Source: Candidatus Latescibacterota bacterium
Lineage (GTDB): Bacteria > Latescibacterota > UBA2968 > GCA-2709665
Reading direction: 5' to 3'
Assembly (NCBI GenBank): GCA_965237675.1
Contig: OZ250150.1
Location: forward strand, 32,001-96,000
Length of the DNA: 64,000 bases
Position 1 is the first letter of the stretch. The number at the start of each line of letters is the position of its first letter. Below, piece by piece: positions 49,572 through 60,146 of the stretch. The position numbers were made by a program, and so were the translations under genes. The notes beneath the pieces are model-generated. The model was not told the origin of the DNA and made no database searches. It was given only the letters and a program-made list of their open reading frames with translations.

Positions 49572-50528
49572 TCACACTTCAATGTGCCAGCAGAAGACGG
49601 TATGATCGTCCGACAACCGGGTCATTTCGGGGTCCTCCTCCCGGCACAGGTCCGTCGCACGGGGACAGCGCGGATGGAAGCGGCATCCCGACGGCGGGCG
49701 GGTCATGTCAGGAGGCTGCCCGGGGATGGTATCCAGGCGCCCGCGGACCATCTTCGCGTTTTCCAGTAACCCGATGGAGTACGGGTGCCGCGGGGCATTC
49801 AGGAAGACGCGCGTGGGCGCAATCTCGGCCACTTTTCCCGCGTACATCACAACGATCCGGTCGCTGAACTCCACGGCCAGACCGAAATCGTGCGTAATCA
49901 GCAAGGTAGACATCCCGTACGCAGCTTTCATCCGGTTCATCAGATCCATGATCTGCGCCTGCGTCGTGACGTCAAGCGCAGTCGTGGGTTCGTCTGCGAT
50001 CATCAGCTTCGGTTCGCAGCTCAAGGCTATCGCAATCATCACCCGCTGCTTCATCCCTCCCGACAGCTCGAAAGGGTAGCTCCGGTAGCGCAGCGACGGC
50101 GCGGGAATACCCACCTCTTCCAGCAACGACACCGCACGATCATAAGACCGCTTCCGGTCGGCGCGCCTGTGCCACAGAACGGGTTCCGCGATCTGTGGAC
50201 CGCTGCGCATTGTGGGGTTGAGGGAAGTCTGGGGGTTCTGAAAAACAAACCCGATGTCGTTGCCGCGAACTCCCTGAAGCGCCTTTTCGTCCAGTTCGAG
50301 CAGATTCCGCCCTTGAAAGAACACCTGCCCGCCCTCGATCTTGCCGCGCCCCCCAATCAGCCTGACAACGGACAGCATGCTCACGCTCTTGCCACTGCCG
50401 CTTTCCCCCACAATTCCCACGCTCTCCCGCTCCTGTACTGTATAGGTGATCCCGTCCACCGCCCTTACCACCCCGTCGCGGCGGTAGAAATAGGTCTTCA
50501 GGTTGCGGATATCCAGGAGAGTGGACAT
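49572..50528 (-). CDS. Peptide ABC transporter ATP-binding protein (OppD/DppD-like)
   Basis: GESGSGKS, LSGGMKQR, IADEPTTALDVT, CRFHPRCP. Confidence 0.93.
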   Translation of the reverse strand: MSTLLDIRNLKTYFYRRDGVVRAVDGITYTVQERESVGIVGESGSGKSVSMLSVVRLIGGRGKIEGGQVFFQGRNLLELDEKALQGVRGNDIGFVFQNPQTSLNPTMRSGPQIAEPVLWHRRADRKRSYDRAVSLLEEVGIPAPSLRYRSYPFELSGGMKQRVMIAIALSCEPKLMIADEPTTALDVTTQAQIMDLMNRMKAAYGMSTLLITHDFGLAVEFSDRIVVMYAGKVAEIAPTRVFLNAPRHPYSIGLLENAKMVRGRLDTIPGQPPDMTRPPSGCRFHPRCPRATDLCREEDPEMTRLSDDHTVFCWHIEV

Positions 50529-50553
50529 GGGCTCGCCTCACAGGCCGACGGAT

Positions 50554-51456
50554 TTACTCCTTGGGATTGAACGCGTCGTTCAGCCCGTCGCCCAGATACG
50601 TAAATGACAGAAGCGCAAGCGCAAACGTGGCGGCCGGCCAGGTGAGCTGGTAGGGGAAAGCCCTGAAATTCAGGCTTCCGACCTGGATCAGTAACCCCCA
50701 ACTCGGCCGGGGAGGCATCACCCCCAATCCGAGCAGGCTCAGCGCCGACTCGGTCATCATCATGCCGGGAACCATAAACGCGATCGCGACAATCAGCGGG
50801 CCGAACGAATTCGGCAGAATGTATCGCCGGATCACGTATTGATGGGTTGCCCCGAGTGCCCGTGCCGACTCCACGTATTCGAGGTTTTTAATGGACAACA
50901 CCTGGGCGCGCATAAGCCGGGCGAACCCCACCCAGCCGGTGGCGGCGATGGCGATGAAAATCGTAACGATTCCCCTGCCAAGGACCGACACCAGGATGAT
51001 GCTGAATAGAAACCCGGGGAACGCGTACATCACATCCGTAAACCGCATCAGCGCATTGTCCACAACGCCCCCCGCGTAGCCGGCGACAGCGCCGATCAGA
51101 CCCCCGATCGCTATCGAAATCACAGTGGCGCCGAAAGCGACGGCCAAGGCCGTCTGGAGGCTGAAGATCAGGCGGCTGAAAATATCCCGCCCCACCTCGT
51201 CGGTCCCCGCGATGTGCTGCCAGGATGGCGGCTGGTACGCGTTGTCCAGTTCGATCCGGTTATACCCGTACGGAGCAACGTACCCTGCAAAGGCCGCAAT
51301 CAGAATCATCACAATCACAAAACCCAGGCTAAGCAGGGCCAGACGATTCGAAGCGAATCGTTGCCAAACGACGCCCCAATAGGATATCCGCGCCGGTTGG
51401 CGCGTCGATTCCTCCTCATTGGAATGTACAGACCCGGCAGGGTTCAGGACAGCCAC
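50554..51456 (-). CDS. Peptide ABC transporter permease (OppC-like)
   Basis: GTDEVGRDIFSR, EYVESARALGA, ILPNS. Confidence 0.92.
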   Translation of the reverse strand: MAVLNPAGSVHSNEEESTRQPARISYWGVVWQRFASNRLALLSLGFVIVMILIAAFAGYVAPYGYNRIELDNAYQPPSWQHIAGTDEVGRDIFSRLIFSLQTALAVAFGATVISIAIGGLIGAVAGYAGGVVDNALMRFTDVMYAFPGFLFSIILVSVLGRGIVTIFIAIAATGWVGFARLMRAQVLSIKNLEYVESARALGATHQYVIRRYILPNSFGPLIVAIAFMVPGMMMTESALSLLGLGVMPPRPSWGLLIQVGSLNFRAFPYQLTWPAATFALALLSFTYLGDGLNDAFNPKE

Positions 51457-51478
51457 GTGATATCTCCCTTCGATAACG

Positions 51479-52456
51479 TCATGTTGTGTCCTGCCGGTAA
51501 CTCGCCCGAATGCGCGGATCGATCAGCGCGTACCCAATATCCACCATCAGGTTCATCAGCATGATCAAAAATCCGAAAAAGAGCGTCGATGTGATGATCA
51601 TCGGATAATCCCGGGTTCCTGCGGCGGCCACGAACAGCTTGCCCAGGCCGGGGATATTGAAGATTTCTTCAATAAACGCGGTGCTCACCATCAGATTGGC
51701 GAACTGCGGACCGGTAATTGTCAGCAGGGGGATCAGCGAATTCCGCAATGCATGCCGAAACACCGCCTTGTTTCGGTTTCCCCCTTTGGAGAACACCGTT
51801 CGCACGTAGTCTTCTCCGAGTTCCTTGATCAGGCTCACCCGAACGTACCGGGCGATGCCCGCAACGGGCTGAAAGACCATCGCCATCACAGGAAGCACGG
51901 CGTACTCCCACGTCCCCCATCCGGACGTCGGAAACAACTGAAGCACGACGGCGAAGAAGACGATCACCAGCAGGGCGATGACGTAGGACGGAATGCAGAT
52001 GCCCAGCATGGAAATGAACATGGTCGCACGGTCGATCCACGTATTTCGGTACAGCGCAGCGCCAATGCCCATGGGAATGCCGAGTACAAGGGCCAGAAGC
52101 ATCGGCGCGAAGGCCAGGACGAATGTCCTCGGAAAAGCCCGCGTCATCATCTCCTGGATCGTGGTATCCGGGTAGCGGAACGACGGTCCGAAATCCAGGG
52201 CGGCCGCGTTTCGCAGATAGATCAGAATCTGCTTCCAGACGGGTGTATTCTCGCCGTAGCGCTCCTCCCACAGCATGAGCGTCTGGCTCTTCTCTTCGAA
52301 CAGACTCAGCCGGCTGCCCGTTACCTGCTGGTTCATCAGCCGTTCGATATTGAAGAAATCGCCGGGCGCGGCGTGCATCAGGTAGAACGTGATGACGAGA
52401 ATCGCGATCAGACTGACCACGATTTGACCGATACGGCGAAAAACGAATTTAACCAT
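51479..52456 (-). CDS. Peptide ABC transporter permease (OppB-like)
   Basis: APGD, DFGPSF, HALRNSLIP, IDPRIR; GGAGAG RBS before ATG 52456. Confidence 0.92.
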   Translation of the reverse strand: MVKFVFRRIGQIVVSLIAILVITFYLMHAAPGDFFNIERLMNQQVTGSRLSLFEEKSQTLMLWEERYGENTPVWKQILIYLRNAAALDFGPSFRYPDTTIQEMMTRAFPRTFVLAFAPMLLALVLGIPMGIGAALYRNTWIDRATMFISMLGICIPSYVIALLVIVFFAVVLQLFPTSGWGTWEYAVLPVMAMVFQPVAGIARYVRVSLIKELGEDYVRTVFSKGGNRNKAVFRHALRNSLIPLLTITGPQFANLMVSTAFIEEIFNIPGLGKLFVAAAGTRDYPMIITSTLFFGFLIMLMNLMVDIGYALIDPRIRASYRQDTT

Positions 52457-52482
52457 AACGACTCTCCGGCCCGGAGGCGCAC

Positions 52483-54468
52483 TCAGTTGACGCCGGACCG
52501 CCGCGCTGTTTTCGGTGCGTTGTCGTCTTCGATGCTGATCCACTTCAGGTACATGGGATTGGCCCACCAGTAAGCGCAGAATTTCAGCCCCGTTACGTAG
52601 GGCTTGACCAGCGCCGTGGCATTGGCGACATGGAGCGGGAAATCCCAGCTGAATGCCTGCACCAGACGGTGCACTTCGCGGTTGATCTCAGCCTGCCGGG
52701 AAGGGTCACGCGCGTGGTGTGCTTCCTGGCGCATCTCCTCCAGACGCCAGCGCAGCTGGCTGGTGTGCGACCACTGAAAATAGTATTGCCTGACCTGGAG
52801 GAGCGTGACATTGAGGGCCTTCCAACACCACTCCAGATCCGCATCCGGTTCGTGCGCCGTCCGCAGGATCCGGTCTGCCGTTTGCTGCCAACCGATCATC
52901 GCCTCCTCCGCCTGCCGCCGCAGGTGCGGGCCGTGTCTGCCGTTTGATAAAAGCGACATCACCGAGTCGGCATACGCTCCGATCCGCTGGTGGAGTTGCT
53001 TGAAACCGGCGACATTCGTTTCCGGTTCGAGATGGCTCATACCCGATCGGATCTGCAGTATTCGTCGTTGCCCCTCCCACCATGCGCCGTAGACTTCGGG
53101 ATCGTCCGTCCATTGGACGTTTTCGATCCATTGCGTACCGTAGATCGGATTGGGCCAGGGCGCTCCGGACGCCGCAAAGCACATCCCCGCATACCCGGAC
53201 GGGTTCAGGGAAACCCGCTTGTCGGCGTACACCCCAAGTTCCTGGTTGTCGATCTTGAACCGGATGCCCAGATTCTCCTCCAGCATCGCGGCGATCACCA
53301 CGAACTCGGAAACCATTTCCGGGGCCAGGTAAGACGGAATCAGAATCACCGATTCGGGAATGCCCTTTCCCCCCGGATAACCCGCCTCGGACAGCAGCCG
53401 CCGCGCTTCCTCCAGGTTGAAACCCATCCCCAACTCCGGATCCCAATCCGGCATTGCCGGCGTGGAGAGCATATTCATCGGTGTCTCACGCCCGAGAAAG
53501 ATCGCCTCCACAATCCGGCGCTTGTCGAATCCGATGGCAATCGCCCGGCGCACCCGGGGGTCCCAGTAGACCGGATTTTCCGAAAACAGAAATCTTACAT
53601 AAGAAAGCCCGCTCGTCGGCGTCCGGACCAGTTCGCCACTCAACGCCGGATGTTGTCTGGCGTAGTAGATGTCCGCGATCGATTGCAGGAGCGCGAAATC
53701 GATCTCGCCGCTCTGGTAGCCTTCCAGCGGCCTGCCCGCGAATCGGCTGAATACCCGCTCGAGATTGCCCCGCGGCAGGTTGTACGTCGAATTCGGCTCC
53801 AGGATCACGTGCGAATTGAGTTCCCACTCCACGATCCTGTAGGGCCCGTTTCCCTGGTAATTAGGCAACTTGTGCCACGCTTCCCCGTGCTTTTCCAGAG
53901 ACCCCCGGTGGATCGGAAACATGCTCCCGGTGACCATCGTGTTCAGAAAGGCTGGGTACGGCCTCGCCAGACGGAACCGCAGCGTGTAGTCGTCCAGCAC
54001 ATCCACACCCACCTCATCCTCCCGGGCCGCGCCGTTCCTGAAGTCCATGGCCTTTACCACATACTGTAGCGGTGTGTCCCAGATCCACTTGCTCTCGCGC
54101 CCCGGTTCCATCTGATAGATGAACGCGGCCCTGTAGTCCCGTGCGGTCACGGTCGTGCCGTCGTACCAGCGATTATCCTGTCGAAGGACGAACGTGTAAG
54201 AAAGCCTGTCTTCGGAGACCTCCCAGCGCTCGGCCTGCGCCGGAATCAGTCCTCCATCCGGCCCCAGTTGAACCAGGCCCTCTTTCGTGCCCAGCGTGAT
54301 CTGCGCGTACATCCCCCCCGTGTACAGATAGCTGTTCAACGTGCTCAGAGGCGGCCCGATGTATCGGATCTCTTTCGGGCGCCCGGCATTCGCCGATGTA
54401 CCGGAAAGCGCCACGACGAGCATCCCACTCAGGACAGCGGTTCGCCAGCCCGTGCTCCCAAGATTCAT
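52483..54468 (-). CDS. Peptide ABC transporter substrate-binding protein (family 5, OppA-like) with C-terminal insertion
   Basis: AERWEVSED...YTFVLR...W.DG..VTA.D, GNGPY, DPRVRRAI, ARRLLSEAGYP; ATGA overlap with the upstream gene. Confidence 0.88.
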   Translation of the reverse strand: MNLGSTGWRTAVLSGMLVVALSGTSANAGRPKEIRYIGPPLSTLNSYLYTGGMYAQITLGTKEGLVQLGPDGGLIPAQAERWEVSEDRLSYTFVLRQDNRWYDGTTVTARDYRAAFIYQMEPGRESKWIWDTPLQYVVKAMDFRNGAAREDEVGVDVLDDYTLRFRLARPYPAFLNTMVTGSMFPIHRGSLEKHGEAWHKLPNYQGNGPYRIVEWELNSHVILEPNSTYNLPRGNLERVFSRFAGRPLEGYQSGEIDFALLQSIADIYYARQHPALSGELVRTPTSGLSYVRFLFSENPVYWDPRVRRAIAIGFDKRRIVEAIFLGRETPMNMLSTPAMPDWDPELGMGFNLEEARRLLSEAGYPGGKGIPESVILIPSYLAPEMVSEFVVIAAMLEENLGIRFKIDNQELGVYADKRVSLNPSGYAGMCFAASGAPWPNPIYGTQWIENVQWTDDPEVYGAWWEGQRRILQIRSGMSHLEPETNVAGFKQLHQRIGAYADSVMSLLSNGRHGPHLRRQAEEAMIGWQQTADRILRTAHEPDADLEWCWKALNVTLLQVRQYYFQWSHTSQLRWRLEEMRQEAHHARDPSRQAEINREVHRLVQAFSWDFPLHVANATALVKPYVTGLKFCAYWWANPMYLKWISIEDDNAPKTARRSGVN

Positions 54469-56186
54469 CGACCGGACTCTCCTTCCCTTACGATGATCTC
54501 CCGATCCACCGCAGAGCTCCCGATTCGATCCACCGTGCCACCGGGCCATCGAATCGTGACGGAATCGACCGTTGTGGACCGTCCGAGCCCGAAATGGAGA
54601 CGGAAGTCGTTCTGGGACAGGTAGCTTGATCCACTCTGAACCTCCCTGACCTGCTGCCTGCCGCCGGTCCATACCGTCACGCGCGCACCGATGCCGATGC
54701 GGTTGGACAGACGCGCGACTCCTCCTGATTCCTGCGAATGCTCCCGAGCGGCTCCGACCAGCTTCACCCTCAGCCAGCGGTTCCGGTTGCCAACCTCGTT
54801 TCTCAGGAGCCGCGCCGCGCCGTTCACCGTGAGAACGAACACATCCACGTCGCCGTCGTTGTCGTAATCTCCAAAGGCGGCGCCCCTGCCGGCGACCGGC
54901 GCGGACAGATCGTCTTCCGCTTCCCGCGTCACGTCGTCGAACCGCCCGCCTCCCGCGTTTCGGAACAGGATGGCGGGTTGTCGGTAAACACTTCCCACGC
55001 GGTCTGCATTGTCCAGTACGTGGCCGTGTACCATCAGAACGTCGGACCAGCCGTCGTTGTCGTAGTCCAGAAAGCCGGCGCCCCAGCCCACGTGGGGAAT
55101 CGTAGGGGTCCGGATCCCGGATATCGATGAAATATCAGTAAAGAGCCCGCCTCCCTCGTTGCGGAACAGCCCGCCGCCCTCCAGCCGGAAATTGGTCACC
55201 GCCAGGTCCATGCGGCCGTCCCGGTTGAAATCGCCGAAATCCGCGCCCATACTGGACTGCAGGTCTCCTGCTCCGCTGTAGGCCACCCCCGACAGAAGAC
55301 CCCGTTCCACGAAGCTGCCGTCGCCTCGATTCAGATAGAGAAAGTTGGGTGTCATATCGTTCGCGACGAAGATATCCACGTTCCCGTCGCCGTCGGCGTC
55401 GCCGCACGCCATCCCCATCCCCTTGCCGTCGGGATTGAAAACGCCGGATCGGTCCGTTACGTCCGTGAACGTACCGTCCCCGTTGTTGCGATAAAGGCGA
55501 TCGGGTACGCCTTTGAAGTTGTCGGGATGGGGATAGAACCGGGCGCCTTCGGACAGATTCGCTGCGTGCGATGCGTAGGGCCTCAACCCGGTCTCCGAGG
55601 AGGAGATGGAATAGGCAACGTAGTTGGCCACGTAAAGGTCCAGGAATCCATCCGCGTCGTAATCCAGGAAGGCGCATCCCACGCTCCATGTGGAATCGCC
55701 GGAGACCCCGGCCGTGCGGGCAACGTCCCTGAACGTCCCGTCGCCATTGTTGTGAAACAGGCTGTTCGGCCCGTAACACGTCACGTAGAGATCGACGTAC
55801 GAGTCGTTGTCAACGTCCCCTGCGCAAATGCCCATACCGTAGGCCGTCTCCCCGACGCCCGCGACCCGGGTCACGTCCGAAAAAGCGCCCCCGCCCGCAT
55901 TTCGATACAGCCGGTTGCGCGGGCGCGGTCCCGAATAGCCGGGTAACGTTCCTCCATTGACGGCGAATACGTCCAGCCGGCCGTCGTTGTTATAGTCGAG
56001 AAAGGCGACCCCGGACCCCATCGTCTCCACGAAATACTTCCGGCCGGTCCCCCCGTGGACGTGGCGGAAGTCAATGCCTGACGACGCCGTAACGTCAACG
56101 AAGCGCGGTGAATCCGCGTACAGCGCCCCCCCCCGAAGGACCAGGAGAAGCAATATCCCGCAGACTGCGTAATTCGAATGGACCAT
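54465..56186 (-). CDS. CRTAC1/ASPIC-UnbV family FG-GAP protein
   Basis: FVDVT...ETMGSG, multiple DYDNDG repeats, IGARV...GSSYLSQ...HFGLG...WPGG. Confidence 0.9.
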   Translation of the reverse strand: MVHSNYAVCGILLLLVLRGGALYADSPRFVDVTASSGIDFRHVHGGTGRKYFVETMGSGVAFLDYNNDGRLDVFAVNGGTLPGYSGPRPRNRLYRNAGGGAFSDVTRVAGVGETAYGMGICAGDVDNDSYVDLYVTCYGPNSLFHNNGDGTFRDVARTAGVSGDSTWSVGCAFLDYDADGFLDLYVANYVAYSISSSETGLRPYASHAANLSEGARFYPHPDNFKGVPDRLYRNNGDGTFTDVTDRSGVFNPDGKGMGMACGDADGDGNVDIFVANDMTPNFLYLNRGDGSFVERGLLSGVAYSGAGDLQSSMGADFGDFNRDGRMDLAVTNFRLEGGGLFRNEGGGLFTDISSISGIRTPTIPHVGWGAGFLDYDNDGWSDVLMVHGHVLDNADRVGSVYRQPAILFRNAGGGRFDDVTREAEDDLSAPVAGRGAAFGDYDNDGDVDVFVLTVNGAARLLRNEVGNRNRWLRVKLVGAAREHSQESGGVARLSNRIGIGARVTVWTGGRQQVREVQSGSSYLSQNDFRLHFGLGRSTTVDSVTIRWPGGTVDRIGSSAVDREIIVREGESGR

Positions 56187-56235
56187 ACGGAAGGACTGTT
56201 GAAATTAACCAGTGGGGCCGCTCGGCGCGGGGCCG

Positions 56236-56414
56236 GACCTACCCCCTAACCCCCTTCCTGAAGGAAGGGGGAACCGGGGCTGTTCGGTGGCTTGTGCTTG
56301 AGAAGGAGCGGAGATGACGTTCTCCCGTAAATGAGAGTTAAAATGGGAATGCGTCAACGCATCGCTTCGCTTGTCTCCCCCTTTCCTTTAGGAGAGGGGG
56401 CCGGGGGGAGAGGT
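56236..56414. repeat. Inverted pair of REP-like elements, including copy 2 of the 36-bp repeat
   Basis: acctaccccctaacccccttcctgaaggaaggggg faces ctccccctttcctttaggagagggggccggggggagaggt (56375-56410 identical to 24734-24769). Confidence 0.75.
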
Positions 56415-56452
56415 CTCCTCGCGGTCGCCAACCGATTATGCTTTTGATTCTG

Positions 56453-56483
56453 GCTGACAACTGACGGCTGAGAGCTGATCGCT
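56453..56483. repeat. Heptamer tandem repeat (GCTGAnn)x4
   Basis: gctgaca actgacg gctgaga gctgatc gct. Confidence 0.6.
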
Positions 56484-56503
56484 TTTCTTGCGTCTTCCCG
56501 CCT

Positions 56504-57772
56504 CTACGGAAACCGGGGAACCCGAATCCGCTCGCCACGGGCAGCAGCCTGTTCGCCGCAAATTGCCGCAGCGCACGAACGCGCGGCCTGGACTGCGTCG
56601 ATGAGTGGGCGGCGGTCGTTGACGATCGCGTCGAAGAAATCCAGCATCATGTCGAACTCCGCGCCCTGGTGACCGGGTCCCGACCCCGTTACAAGGGGCA
56701 GTTCCATCCAGCCATCTCCCGATTCCACGGTATTGAGAAACCGGTGGGGCAGATGCACGTATCCGGACCCGGTCTCGTTTCGCCGCTCGCCCTCGTAACA
56801 CCCCAACGTCCCGTAGAGGGCGAGATAATTCAGGTGCGGGCGGCGGAATCCGTAACTCTGCAGCGCTTTGATTGTCACGCCGCTCTCGCTCCTCATCAGC
56901 GCCACCACGCTGTCGCAGCCCTCTCCGGCATTCGCACCGAAACCGTCCTCCGGCCTGCCTCCCGTGAAACTCGTGCCCCGCATCCCAAACGCCTCAACCT
57001 CGACGATCTGTTCGTCACCCAGCAGCCAGCGGGACGTATCGAACGTCGTATGCACCGCCGCGTTCAGAGGCGGCTCGATTCCCCCTACACATCCCCGGTC
57101 GGCCGGCATGCCCACCTCGCGCTCACGGTTCACCCAGAACCGCTTCCGCCACCGGTAGTCGCAGTTGTACTCCGCCTCCACGTACTGGATCTTGCCGAAC
57201 TCCTCTTCCATGCATAATTGCTTGAGGGACTCGTACCGGTTGTACCACCGCAACTGATTGCCCATCTGCACCTTCAGACCGGTCTGCTCGCTTAAATCGA
57301 CGATCGCCCTGCATTCCTCCAGTGAAACGGCAACGGGCATTTCCACAAAGACGTGCTTGCCTGCCTGCAGCGCCTGGATCGCGTGCTCTCCATGCCTGTC
57401 CGTGCCCGTTTCCACGACAACCACCCGGACCTCGTCGTCCTTTAGCATTTCTTCGAAATCCACGTACGACTTCGGGATGTCCTGTTCTTCAGCGACGTAT
57501 TCCGCCAGGTCCGCGACTTCGTCGCATACCGCCACCGTTCGACTCTGGTCCATCAGGTTGCACAAGCTCGCCATGAACCGGCCTCGTCCCAGGCCGACCA
57601 CCCCCACGTTCAAGACACCGGTGCCCCTGTCGGGCCCGGCAACCCGCATGGGCGGTCTCTCCTGGCGGCCCATCCAATCCAGGTATCGCTCCATCTTGAC
57701 GTGGCGCGCCTTTTCCGTATACCATTCTCGGGACAGGAATCTCTCGAAAAGGTCCCGCCTGTTCGCGTCCAT
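56504..57772 (-). CDS. Gfo/Idh/MocA oxidoreductase with N-terminal extension
   Basis: VGVVGLGRG, GKHVFVEMP, YVEAEY, GHQG; GGAG RBS before ATG 57772. Confidence 0.85.
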   Translation of the reverse strand: MDANRRDLFERFLSREWYTEKARHVKMERYLDWMGRQERPPMRVAGPDRGTGVLNVGVVGLGRGRFMASLCNLMDQSRTVAVCDEVADLAEYVAEEQDIPKSYVDFEEMLKDDEVRVVVVETGTDRHGEHAIQALQAGKHVFVEMPVAVSLEECRAIVDLSEQTGLKVQMGNQLRWYNRYESLKQLCMEEEFGKIQYVEAEYNCDYRWRKRFWVNREREVGMPADRGCVGGIEPPLNAAVHTTFDTSRWLLGDEQIVEVEAFGMRGTSFTGGRPEDGFGANAGEGCDSVVALMRSESGVTIKALQSYGFRRPHLNYLALYGTLGCYEGERRNETGSGYVHLPHRFLNTVESGDGWMELPLVTGSGPGHQGAEFDMMLDFFDAIVNDRRPLIDAVQAARSCAAAICGEQAAARGERIRVPRFP

Positions 57773-57816
57773 TCCGGACTCCTTTACTCGCACAGATTCA
57801 GATCCGCGCCCCCGTC

Positions 57817-58947
57817 TCAGCGGGTATTCAGGAGGGTATGAATCGCTCGCTTGAACACGTGGATCGCGCGTTTGGCGGCTCCATAGGGACCCGCGGAGGA
57901 AACGTTGATCTCATAAAATACGCTTGGGATGCCGAATCTTCGGGCCATCTGATAGCACAGGGTATCCTCCCGATGCACGTTGGCTCTGCCGTGCGTGGAC
58001 ATGCCATCGGTTTCCAGGCGCATCGTATCGCACAGGGCCTGATAGAGGCGCGCGCGATCGGGATCCTGGAAGACCGGATCGACCACCTCATACCATCCGT
58101 CGTAAGGGTATTCGCCATTGTCGCGCCAGCCCACGAATGCATGGATATTCATCCAAAGCGCAGGTTGTTCTTCGACGAGTTTGTTCCAGAGCAGGCGGCT
58201 CTCGTGGGCTTCGGGGGTCTCCGCTTCGGGTTCGTCGCCAAATGCCCGGTACATGTCCAACCCTTCCGCGTTGAACGCGTTTCTGCCCATCATGTTGCCA
58301 TCGGGATTGACCACCGGAACGACCTCAACCTGTACGCGCTCTCGAAGATCAACCGCATCCGGCACTAAGGAAGTGATGAAATCCGCAATACCCAGCATAC
58401 CCCAGGTGCCGGAAAACTCCACAGCGTGTTGACCGGCCACGCAGAGGATCCTGGGTTTGCCCGGCGCGCCGGCCCGGATGCCGGGGATGTCCCGCCCCTG
58501 GACCGACGTACCGACTGTGAGGGGCTCACAACGGTCCCCGCGTTCATCCGACAGACGCCGGAGGACCTCTCTGGTGTCGCTGTAGGTCGCCGGCCAGGCG
58601 TTTGTTACCCGAACGGTTTCGTTTCTCCTCAGGTTCAGGCGGACCAACAGGGGTTCTTCCGAATTCCGTACCTGGGAGCGGTCAAGCGCCTTGAAACGGC
58701 CCGCACCCGGGGGTCCCACCCAAACTGTTGCGGGCAAACTGGCGACAAACCCCTTCGGTCCGAAATCGGGGTCGGGCCACACTTCGACCGTCAGTACCGA
58801 AGGAGGCCCGTCATTCCGGACGTCGAAGCAAAAGTAGTAACTGTAAGAGGCCTTGTCTCCGATGACTTCGAGCCGAAACCGGTCGATCGCGATCTGTCGG
58901 ATATTCTTCGCGTTTCCACATTCGAAATCAGCGGCAATCAATATCAT
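57817..58947 (-). CDS. M14 zinc carboxypeptidase family protein
   Basis: ADFECGN, GTSVQGRDI, AGQHAVE (HxxE), PVVNPDG, MNIH. Confidence 0.85.
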   Translation of the reverse strand: MILIAADFECGNAKNIRQIAIDRFRLEVIGDKASYSYYFCFDVRNDGPPSVLTVEVWPDPDFGPKGFVASLPATVWVGPPGAGRFKALDRSQVRNSEEPLLVRLNLRRNETVRVTNAWPATYSDTREVLRRLSDERGDRCEPLTVGTSVQGRDIPGIRAGAPGKPRILCVAGQHAVEFSGTWGMLGIADFITSLVPDAVDLRERVQVEVVPVVNPDGNMMGRNAFNAEGLDMYRAFGDEPEAETPEAHESRLLWNKLVEEQPALWMNIHAFVGWRDNGEYPYDGWYEVVDPVFQDPDRARLYQALCDTMRLETDGMSTHGRANVHREDTLCYQMARRFGIPSVFYEINVSSAGPYGAAKRAIHVFKRAIHTLLNTR

Positions 58948-58999
58948 CGCAATGCTCTCCAGGGACGGGCCTCGACGAGAAGCTCTCTTATCGTTTACT

Positions 59000-60130
59000 T
59001 CATTGATAGTAACCGGTCCCCAATGGCGGCCGGGCGTACGCCACCTCGATCCGACAGGGTACCCCCGTACGGCTCATCGAATTCACGCCCCGGCAGGCCA
59101 GCGACTGAACCCCCTCCCGCATCGGCCAGTCGAAATGCGCCTCACACCGATGCCAAACCCCATCATCGATGCGAATTTCATAGTGGTCGAAAAACGGCAT
59201 ACAGTGTGACAGCGTTACCGCCAGCCTGGGCACGCCTGTGTTCCACACCGGCTGCGTGGACACGCGTACCAGATTCACGGTCCAGTACACGTCCGACAGG
59301 TTGGAGGTCCACTGAACACGGCCAACGGGTCTGAAATTACTCACGAATGTCGGCAGGCACCTGCGGTCCACCCATTCCCAGGTCAGGCGATCCGTCAATA
59401 CCCGGATCCGGGCATAATAGTCCATCACCCTGTTTCGCATGAACCTAGCGAACAACTGGCGGTTGACCTCCTCGTCATAATCTCTCCGGCAGGTGGGATC
59501 GCGGAGTGCGAGCCGGACATGCCTGGCGTCCGGAACGAGGAATTCCGGCTGATCCTGCACCATTTCAACCGCATCTGCGGCGCCGCTCAGCCACGCCTCC
59601 CGGATTTCCAGCGCGTTCAGCGGCGTACCTTCTCGTTCGTAGTGGACGTTGACGTCCGGATCCATCATCACCCACTTCCGGTGTTCATTGGACCAGACCT
59701 CGGCAACCGCGTGTCCCACGTTCCACATAGCGTAGTCCCGGGGCGCCTCGCAATCTTCGACACCAATTCCTACCCGCCGCGCAGGCCAGCCCAGCGCGGT
59801 TGCCGAATCCACAAAGACCCGGGCGTAGGAACCGCAGAAGAATCGTTCCCCCCTGCGCACGGCCTCCAGAATGCCCAGGCCGTCGTCGACTTCCGGGCGG
59901 TTGTACCAGAGCCCGTGGTCCCACTGTTCGCGGACCCATCGTTTCAGGGCCAGAAACCCCTCGAATTCCGTTTCGCAGCCCGAGACGACGCCTTCCAGCC
60001 CGTACTTCTCCCTGAGGCGCGCGATTCTCGGCGCATGCGGGTCCCCGTACTCGTGGCAGGTATGATCCCCGGTGAAGTCCGGGACGTCAAAAGAGACGAC
60101 ACGGAACTCACCAGGACATCTCTGGCTCAT
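59000..60130 (-). CDS. Transglutaminase-like domain protein
   Basis: Cys-His-Asp triad: FFCGSYA, GHAVAEVW, WVMMDP. Confidence 0.8.
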   Translation of the reverse strand: MSQRCPGEFRVVSFDVPDFTGDHTCHEYGDPHAPRIARLREKYGLEGVVSGCETEFEGFLALKRWVREQWDHGLWYNRPEVDDGLGILEAVRRGERFFCGSYARVFVDSATALGWPARRVGIGVEDCEAPRDYAMWNVGHAVAEVWSNEHRKWVMMDPDVNVHYEREGTPLNALEIREAWLSGAADAVEMVQDQPEFLVPDARHVRLALRDPTCRRDYDEEVNRQLFARFMRNRVMDYYARIRVLTDRLTWEWVDRRCLPTFVSNFRPVGRVQWTSNLSDVYWTVNLVRVSTQPVWNTGVPRLAVTLSHCMPFFDHYEIRIDDGVWHRCEAHFDWPMREGVQSLACRGVNSMSRTGVPCRIEVAYARPPLGTGYYQ

Positions 60131-60146
60131 GAGATCCTCCCGCGAG

